Assembly: GCA_902475375.1 (NCBI GenBank)
Contig: CABRZC010000002.1
Location: 3,024 to 67,023, forward strand
Length of the DNA: 64,000 nt
Source of the DNA: an uncultured Collinsella sp.
Lineage (GTDB): Bacteria; Actinomycetota; Coriobacteriia; Coriobacteriales; Coriobacteriaceae
Direction: 5' to 3'
Positions 12,801 to 17,180 of this stretch are shown here, one piece after another (the first letter of the stretch is position 1; each line of letters starts with the position of its first letter). The notes below the pieces were generated by a model, which made no database searches, was not told where the DNA came from, and was given only the letters and a program-made list of their open reading frames with translations. Made by a program: the position numbers and the translations under genes.

Positions 12801-14557
12801 TCACACTCGTGGACACGGCCAACAACAGCCGCGAATATCACTACACGGTGGGCACGGGCGGCGCGACGTCAGTCAAGCTCACCGAGTTTGTGGACGCTGG
12901 CAACAAGGCTTACTACACCGAACCGTGGCTGAGCGAAATCGTGGGCGTGAAGGCCGATGAGGCCAAGGAGGACAAGGACGGCGCTTGGGTCAAGCTCGCC
13001 GATGACGAGGTCAAGGACAAGAGCCAGGCCGAACTCGCGAAGATGGCTGGCGCCAAGGTCGATGGCGCGTACTACCGCGCGCGCACTTCTTCCGACGCGA
13101 CGGGCACGTTCTATACCCTCTCCGTTGATAAGGAAGAGCCCAAGAGCGAAAACTTCTACTTGGTGGTGCGCACGCCGGCGGGGTCCGTGGGCGTCAACGG
13201 CTACACCGCCACCACGGTGGACACGAGCCTCAACGAGCACATCAACTACCTGCTGCGAGGCAAGAAAGCAGCCGACGGCAAGGCTGCCGAGGATGGGCAC
13301 CAGAATACGCCCTCGACCTATAGCGTGGCATCAAACTACACGCACAGCCTCGTTGACAACAAGCGTAACCTCGTCGACAACAGGGACAGCATCAACCGGA
13401 TGGAGCTCAAGGAAGCCACCTATTCGCTTTCCATGAACGTGAGCGACACCGTGACGTTTGACTCGAGCCAGCAATACACGAGCTCTGACGCGCTGTATTA
13501 TCAGCTCGATTCGTCGCTTGTCACCTATCACGACGGCGTCATCGCGGGCTCGGTAGGATACCCCACGGGCACGCAGGGCACGTATGAGTTCTACGTTAAG
13601 GTGGGTGATAACTACTACACCTGGGGCGGGTCGGGTTGGAATCTGGCCGGCACGAAGGAGACCCCAGTGGTGTCGGGCCTTAGTTGGACTGCGAACGGTG
13701 GCGACATGTCACTGGTGCTTGCCGATGCTGAGGGTAATCCCATCGACATGTCGGGCCTGCGCGAGATCGCCAAGAACCATGTCAACGCCTTCACCGTTAC
13801 CATGAGGGCCGCGCTCACCATGACGGAGCCTGCCTGCCAGGCGGGTATCGTGGCCTCGCAGAACAGCGGCACCGACCGCTACACCAAACCCAACTACCGC
13901 GCGTACCTTTCCACGCATGCCGACACGCTCAGCACCAGTAGCAACTCGGCATACAACGATGGCGGCGCCGGCTACTACCGTATGGATGTGGGCTCATCGA
14001 CCATCGCGCTCGAGGCGTCTAAGAAATCCCAGTTGGGCATCAACATCGATGACCTCAAGTCCGCTGACGGCGAGATCGCTCTGGTGGGTACCTACGACCT
14101 GAGCAAGCTCACGGGCGCCGAGGCCATGATCTCCAATGCCAGCACGGTGACCTATACGTTGAGCTTGCAGCGCCGGGGTAAAGACGACTATGCTCCGGTC
14201 GGCGATATCTCAAAGTACATTACGGTGTTCGGTAGCGACAAGCTGGGCGCGGGCTCGTTGAGTGGCAGCAGCTACGTTTTTACCGACACCAAGGCTGGCG
14301 ACACGTTTGCCACGCGTGACGGTAACAGCCTTGCCTTTAAGCATGCCTTCCGCGTTAAGGTGAACACCGATGTTGAGACGGCTGGTCAGACCTATGCCAA
14401 CTATCGTCTGGTGCTAACGGCCAATATGTCCGATAACGGTGTAATAAAGGACACGCCAGTCAATGTCAGCAACCTCGGAGGCTATAAGAACTCCGACTAC
14501 GTGACGTACACGCTGTCGCGCATCAACACCAAGGGCATTCCCCACGGGTCCAACTAG
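3845..14557 (+). CDS. giant secreted surface protein (3570 aa) with GLUG-like repeats
   Basis: Uninterrupted 10.7-kb ORF. It has a Sec signal (MRTAKRITTACLTAIMIFQALAPSTEVFA/QE) followed by an acidic D/A/T/G-rich tract. More than 20 GG[LIV][LIVA]G motifs (AGGLIGE, VGGLLGY, NVGGYVGT and similar) fall in two blocks at about nt 4990-7230 and 9360-11610. The C-terminal third is beta-rich and has no LPXTG motif or terminal TM helix. Confidence 0.9.
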   Translation: MRTAKRITTACLTAIMIFQALAPSTEVFAQELDAVMEASVSAARAAGNTARSVQDAVATALQDADQATSDDVATTPGADAGATEGGDGSTNAGESQDSTTDGTTNGDTPTEGDASQDDAAADEGAADGEQADDADADAADQANTAPTIATVEDLRHALGDGNVITDDLGAVTAITFGSNADLIAISNTDPAIYQNASIYKTGLSGVDFDVCSAQAVGDLGNLAFQGFGSDAHPFKGTLDLGGRSLTANKTLFNNIELNDNNGTVKLTWKGTDAQPIVAAKVTGAGKTLSAAITVDKPESGDTSVVKLTSPLVGEVTGELTLDATYSTSANSPLAIGMQSSTGNLGLLANTLTAGASLTIAGLNGLPKSFNGTPTIDATGAGANAGGLIGEAGEGAAVTLASNVDVSALSVAGNNAAGGLIGKATRLTLAVDTDNSGKDASGKDISIKPAHSVGSSSAGTYAGGLIGDASFASDFTIENGTFDFGEGVALSVANTTAAPSVGGLFGVLDISNGDVTVNGGLYKSTLQNGADNSNNNGVRGNYGGLVGKLWGQKYGDALHAFTVKGGAEVSFGVGSNGKLAYAGGLVGYLGEGGGSDNVSAVVISGAAVTCATSGYASNNGKYGGAVGVVDTKNVLEVRGLTVKTASGATIGGTNGGFAGVVGSSWLGIVKFSGITDLSDAAFVENDHTAQLIYENFNSLIFAAGSGSDRGATVGGTTEWQYKRPSKPVKIDDIYSYGQVIRLGDSFITLNPTTHELTLPAPLELTNGVYALASLEDFAKLAITWQTNGYYSMVEGVTENNLNGLKSSTITVNGTIDLKGTGLTGFTQDRANDSQVFSGTLNGGGTIKLAVGEPYGMRGNAPLGADDISAGNGKIYRHGRLGLFAAINGAAANSETVSNVTIAGSMRFDNGSAIEAGSLAGAIAGGLTLSGATCETNIACDDTFTNDVNIGGIAGSVSAASTVTFRDSSKAQASITATKTLNGNSRIGGAIGYVGNYVSTFNVTGLEVSGKIETGNCTSGKIAQVGGLIGCIAQSTYGADGAIANSAKKDVNITGLSFNSFKMGVGKNGDKLNGVGGLLGYSWGNAVVTIGDDNINKSENSYALKTTNASIIATVDDSKELGGLVYAASGHWIINNYAIDLSGTKINAGAAQTLGVLVCRGCKVDDKTTYGVESYLGLYLEDRAYWDTAYRVPTGEGAIVASGVTSFDEWVGSGVKPNNGSKLMDADWNTVVSLHTQKNKLDMDGDSTKDNSYHNRSSFGRSQNTNGNTRYFYNLDIASKNCEGGFSGSQIDTADKLLLWSAFCYAPAGIRSTIVPDGTTGLDDSITITGTIDLAGYSYYPTQPIGEVTVNNAAITFYYSKIKAEQNGNKLNSDATQHENMHCGLFQTVADGDLTVSNVTLGGTVGPVINDGKSSTDAIGAGGSSSGALVCRYVYGSSDGNGTKIRKISIDDLTLNNLIVDGANSATDANAYMPLLINEMQKYVSLNAKNIKTTGYTSGTKAATSLFGKLGVGSEADQVTAKFEQISLPSQENNTIFTHASLLESFGYGSTSTGSADYTFTKADGDAGKVTYGSEIDGSTEYPGKQLWYYDEATYGAVSGYVTVDGKKDGDVRPWFGDYLPYVYKGKAAEDGVQYHEIKVNQRIPKLVMGCGTYGDPYSVTNAAEMNAIANYINNMTALDGWEVTIVADQGRLCTRRSSDHSTDNEVTYVYKQANGTDNKWEKKTGDASTNSPQTLSDETMHRYMQSAYYSIEPTEGNTITLDGASFGGFGNRANPFRGVIVGNFGSDNKNATIKIENNEGSLRGLIPYSYGSVVRDLNIRYVNASATITYSAKDADGVPTAFFGGVVGCILGGDNIIDGVVVNGTTAENPTTGFTVTGGGDKPHLVPIGGYVGAIAGGGVIFRNMDKSGKSSWRAGTGDKSRGLGKGNFDLYNNPYVGRVIDGYAFSEGCKVENGNANYQINELTKKRTPCVTTTGTDNKYLGTNAEAPVTMVKNAQGLLVLSAIISSGAGAGAAHTNYSNNGVFRGSKAYWGSDSQDPAICGYLFGNKEYGKVRNANYANVGKPESAAGDFEIAKNDDQKAPGKQGWHGPLDHDDDVNSPYLVASYAADYQTGYVCASKSIGMSLEFKQGDTYDMTDYGTGYVGLNGRYYSNACNSNQPGTDRDRITPHVATIDGNGATITVGTEGTVYGVVEYADDDYKVSGVGGLFSTVMFTSTNVGQSVTANDGAQVKDLTFSNCNVALTYIDTNGEAKPGEAPNDLTGAGLLAGATANYDDGTCGIYRNVQMKNCTVSGAKSVGGLLGSSGRARRTTSEDRAYMVEFGDGWGPAYLYDCSYTGLNVTGEKNVGGYVGTVASACGVWTTAGTGVSERTVGKNSTITATGTVPYVGGVLGYVERSDISVNTNIGTTTAAQSSCTAVISGVNVLATGSNSDDHMGAGGVVGRARGGVISMSNVRIDGGNGTENAVIGDKAGTNNSIYNAGGLIGEVTSSGSPNKYWFDDCSVKNVSIAGTGKCSGGLIGYFFSNVNIACNNIAIENATIKGNWSGGLLGANNASNSGSVVIDVTNTKVSNTTFSERSNGGIMGDGRGQFHLLNVLMDSNSYNAGKTQGVLLGEVDTGDGKYSLSAAGVEVKPGSGKTTSDLPPMVYTTNTNTAAVNEKTYIAFGDYNGTAAAPNENKTLYGAGDTATTATSPYVTTRPVSTMAVRASDGDTTDRYLFGDGAAIDTATTIQSQAGARVPGRYTYTNIAGINDAGAYQNTSTYSADSSRSTYNANNITSDKKAKTDFPVLVIPGNDTTTVESYLNIVTNGGFSDACRLNGSTAHVTATAEVFSLADNGTFVKDVAASQAPTLKVLNNGTSSMAFRASTDWDNEQGRFTLLTVTFSEAGQSYRVQVPIIVKRMLEIDFTATYSEGANFKAADYATKYDKHVLVSSGDTMTGYLTWTYGSARGKPVDYGWNTLLEAGGSMGPLNKSITFGATLPEGTQLTLVDTANNSREYHYTVGTGGATSVKLTEFVDAGNKAYYTEPWLSEIVGVKADEAKEDKDGAWVKLADDEVKDKSQAELAKMAGAKVDGAYYRARTSSDATGTFYTLSVDKEEPKSENFYLVVRTPAGSVGVNGYTATTVDTSLNEHINYLLRGKKAADGKAAEDGHQNTPSTYSVASNYTHSLVDNKRNLVDNRDSINRMELKEATYSLSMNVSDTVTFDSSQQYTSSDALYYQLDSSLVTYHDGVIAGSVGYPTGTQGTYEFYVKVGDNYYTWGGSGWNLAGTKETPVVSGLSWTANGGDMSLVLADAEGNPIDMSGLREIAKNHVNAFTVTMRAALTMTEPACQAGIVASQNSGTDRYTKPNYRAYLSTHADTLSTSSNSAYNDGGAGYYRMDVGSSTIALEASKKSQLGINIDDLKSADGEIALVGTYDLSKLTGAEAMISNASTVTYTLSLQRRGKDDYAPVGDISKYITVFGSDKLGAGSLSGSSYVFTDTKAGDTFATRDGNSLAFKHAFRVKVNTDVETAGQTYANYRLVLTANMSDNGVIKDTPVNVSNLGGYKNSDYVTYTLSRINTKGIPHGSN

Positions 14558-14566
14558 CCACGCAAA

Positions 14567-14598
14567 GAGGCGGCAACCACCCAGTTGCCGCCTCTTTT
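14567..14598 (+). terminator. rho-independent terminator of the giant gene
   Basis: GAGGCGGCAAC-CACCCA-GTTGCCGCCTC gives a perfect 11-bp stem followed by TTTT, 10 nt after the stop codon. Confidence 0.85.
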
Positions 14599-14630
14599 CC
14601 TGCTCGCTCGGACTGCCGCTGCTTCAGCTT

Positions 14631-14742
14631 CCCAACCGTCTTTCCAACTTTCCACTTAACTTACCACCTAAGGTGGAAAGCTGGAAAGTTAAGTGGAAAG
14701 CTGGTAAGTTAGGTGGAAAGTTGGAAAGTTGGGAGGTTCGGC
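14631..14742. repeat. TGGAAAG-heptamer array and hairpin (upstream copy of the direct repeat)
   Basis: 14631-14700 is about 93% identical to 16240-16308. It holds two inverted CTTTCC(A) units, then five forward (T)GGAAAG units plus one degenerate unit at 8-12 nt spacing. A perfect 15-bp hairpin forms from CTTTCCACTTAACTT (14648-14662) and AAGTTAAGTGGAAAG (14686-14700), with an inner CCACC/GGTGG stem. The array runs up to the RBS and ATG at 14743. Confidence 0.85.
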
Positions 14743-16212
14743 ATGAATGAGGAGTGGTTGGCGCAGGTCATCCATCATCTGCGGACAATAGGAAACGACA
14801 CCCAGCAGTACGAAGTAAAAGAGGCCAAGGGCGCGCTCCCCAAAAGCATCGTCGAGACGCTTTCGGCATTTTCCAACGCGCAGGGCGGCTTTATCATCCT
14901 CGGCATTTCCGAAAAGAACGGGTTTATGCCCGTCGAGGGTTTTGATGCCCGCAAGATGCAAGACGCCCTCTCTTCTGCATGTGAAAAGCTGACGCCCGTT
15001 GTGAGGCCGGATATCCAAGTGCTCCCCTTCGAGGGTAAGCTGGTGCTTTGCGCGCGCATCAAAGAAATGCATCCACGCGATAAACCCTGCTATATTGCGG
15101 CACGCGGAATGTACGATTCGTCCTTTATCCGTACGGGCGACGGCGACCGGCGCATGACTCCCTACGAAATCGATCGCTTTATGGAGGAGCATGTTCAGCC
15201 TACATACGACGACGAGCCGGTCGAAGGTGCCACGCTCGATGACCTTGACGCCGATCTTTTGCAAGGGTTTATAAAACGCCAGCGCGAGCTACACCCTAGG
15301 CTTTTGGGCACCAGAAGCGACGATGAGATTCTCCTTGACCTGCATGTGACCAAAAGGGTGGACGACGCAATCGTGCCGACGCTTGCTGCAATTGTCGCGA
15401 TGGGACGGTTTCCGCAAAAGTTCTTCCCACGTCTCAATGTGACCTTTACGGCGTACCCCGGGACCACAAAAACGCAGCGAGTAAGTGATAACAAGCGTTT
15501 TGTGGATTCTCAGACCATTTTGGGTCCGATCCCTTTCATGATTGAGGACGTGCTTGCCGCCGTTGCGAGAAACACCCGAAACGCAGCGGTTATCGAGGGC
15601 GCGTTCCGGAAAGATGTGCCCGATTATCCGCCCGTGGCGCTGCGCGAGGCGGTGGCGAACGCGCTCATGCACCGCGACTACTCTTCCGCCGCGCGCGGCT
15701 CACAAGTGCAGGTCAACCTGTATATCGACCGCGTCGAGATTCTCAATCCCGGCGGGCTGTACGGCGACGTAACGATCGATTCGCTGGGAGTTTCTGGGGT
15801 TTCGTCATCCAGAAACCAGTTCCTTTCAAATATCCTCGAGACCACGCCGTACCCAGACGGTGGCTACGTGGTCGAAAATCGCGGCACTGGTTATCAGGAG
15901 ATAGGTGAGCAGCTCGAGCGGGCAAACATGTTGCCGCCCGAACCAAAGAACTCGACAGTTTCTTTTTCGTTGACGTTCGATAAGCGAAAGATAATGCGGG
16001 CGGAACAGGTGACGTCTGTGGGGCATGTGGACGAGGCAATCTTGGATTACCTGGCAACACATTCTTCGGCTTCGACCAAAGAGCTCACCGACGCTTCGGG
16101 TTTGAGCAGGAGCGCCGTTTCCAACCACATAAAAGGCTTGATTGGTGCGGGCAAGATTGAGGCGATGGAGCCTCCGCGCAGCCCGCGACAACGGTATCGA
16201 CTCGCGAAGTAG
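14743..16212 (+). CDS. Schlafen/AlbA_2 (divergent AAA) domain protein with RecG-C-like HATPase_c_4 region and C-terminal wHTH (COG2865-type)
   Basis: The ATG at 14743 is preceded by GGGAGG; the track start at GTG 14713 lies inside the repeat. The N-terminus (QQYEVKEAKGALPKSIVETLSAFSNAQGGFIILGI) is typical of AlbA_2. The middle contains REAVANALMHRDY. The C-terminal ILDYLATHSSASTKELTDASGLSRSAVSNHIKGLI is a winged HTH. Confidence 0.75.
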   Translation: MNEEWLAQVIHHLRTIGNDTQQYEVKEAKGALPKSIVETLSAFSNAQGGFIILGISEKNGFMPVEGFDARKMQDALSSACEKLTPVVRPDIQVLPFEGKLVLCARIKEMHPRDKPCYIAARGMYDSSFIRTGDGDRRMTPYEIDRFMEEHVQPTYDDEPVEGATLDDLDADLLQGFIKRQRELHPRLLGTRSDDEILLDLHVTKRVDDAIVPTLAAIVAMGRFPQKFFPRLNVTFTAYPGTTKTQRVSDNKRFVDSQTILGPIPFMIEDVLAAVARNTRNAAVIEGAFRKDVPDYPPVALREAVANALMHRDYSSAARGSQVQVNLYIDRVEILNPGGLYGDVTIDSLGVSGVSSSRNQFLSNILETTPYPDGGYVVENRGTGYQEIGEQLERANMLPPEPKNSTVSFSLTFDKRKIMRAEQVTSVGHVDEAILDYLATHSSASTKELTDASGLSRSAVSNHIKGLIGAGKIEAMEPPRSPRQRYRLAK

Positions 16213-16239
16213 GGCTGTCCGTCGCCCATGCTTCGGTCT

Positions 16240-16328
16240 CCCAACTTCTTTCCAGCTTTCCACTTAACTTACCACTTAAGGTGGAAAGCTGGAAAGTTAA
16301 GTGGAAAGTTGGGAAGCAAGTGGAAAGC
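16240..16328. repeat. TGGAAAG-heptamer array and hairpin (downstream copy of the direct repeat)
   Basis: Same organisation as 14631-14742: two inverted CTTTCC units, the same hairpin core (CTTTCCACTTAACTTACCACTTAAGGTGGAAAGCTGGAAAGTTAAGTGGAAAG), and four forward units plus one degenerate unit. It begins 28 nt after the stop codon. Confidence 0.85.
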
Positions 16329-16594
16329 TGACATGTTAGGTGCGGACTGACGAGGGGTTAATAATTGCACAAACCATACCAGCCAAACAAAAAGATACCA
16401 ATCTGGTTGGTAAAACACCGTCAATGAGCCGCGAGCCAACTAGCTGCGTAAATAAACCTAAAGAACTGTTGCAAATGAATGGCAAATACCCAGATGCCGC
16501 CGTTGCGATTTTCAATTAACTGTTACGCGGGAACAGCAAAATGCTACTATCTAACAAGCACGTAAGAAAGCAGATTAACGGTTAAGGCTAAGAA

Positions 16595-16999
16595 GTGGCA
16601 GGTATGTCGGAAGCAACTAGGACCCGCACGCATGCGCCCGAGGTTAGGCAGCGCGCCGTCGAGATCCTCCAAGAGGGGGTCGGTCACCGCGCCCTCGCTG
16701 CAAAGCTTGGCATTCCCCAGGCCACGGCTCGTCAGTGGGCCCGCGCATATGCCGTGGGCGGTGCCGACGCCGTGCTCAATGCGGGCGCTCGTCATCACAC
16801 CTATTCGTACGACGTAAAGCTCGCCGTGGTTAAGGACCGTCTGGAAAACGGCCTGACGGTTCGCGAGGCCATGATCAAGCACGGGATTCCCAGCGAGTCT
16901 TCGGTTAAGGCCTGGTGCCGCCAGTATCGCGAGAGCGGTGAGTCCGCGCTGGTCGATAAGCCGCGCGGTCGCAAGCCGCGCGTTAAAAAGGCGGAATAG
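16595..16999 (+). CDS. helix-turn-helix protein resembling IS3-family OrfA (orphan, no transposase OrfB follows)
   Basis: 134 codons from GTG 16595; an alternative ATG lies at 16604. Two HTH-like segments are present (GHRALAAKLGIPQATARQWARAY and LTVREAMIKHGIPSESSVKAWCRQY), and the C-terminus is basic. No DDE ORF lies downstream. Confidence 0.55.
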   Translation: MAGMSEATRTRTHAPEVRQRAVEILQEGVGHRALAAKLGIPQATARQWARAYAVGGADAVLNAGARHHTYSYDVKLAVVKDRLENGLTVREAMIKHGIPSESSVKAWCRQYRESGESALVDKPRGRKPRVKKAE

Positions 17000-17011
17000 C
17001 GAACGGGATGG

Positions 17012-17034
17012 TGCGCCCACAGGGGCGCATTTTT
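17012..17034 (+). terminator. rho-independent terminator after the HTH gene
   Basis: TGCGCCC-ACAG-GGGCGCA followed by TTTTT. Confidence 0.7.
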
Positions 17035-17180
17035 CTTGCCGCCCCTCTGCTCCAATGCGGACAGACTCCTTGCCCCGTACGCCTAAAACTCCCCAGTTGA
17101 CCGAAAACCCGCCGCCGCTACTCCTCAATTGAGCTATAACGTTAAACAATTGCAGCGTTTTTGCATGGGGGAGTGATGGT

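Noticed and set aside
14631-16328. Possible CRISPR array, considered because of short repeated units. The same question was asked of 22948-23610.
   Set aside because: The TGGAAAG units are only 7-8 nt long and lack unique spacers of constant length. The 22948-23610 elements are 140-155-bp hairpins, not 25-40-nt direct repeats separated by spacers. No cas genes are present in the window.
16595-16999. Calling an insertion sequence or mobile element here.
   Set aside because: Only an OrfA-like HTH gene is present. There is no DDE transposase ORF, no frameshift motif and no terminal inverted repeats, so I report it as a CDS and a possible scar only.
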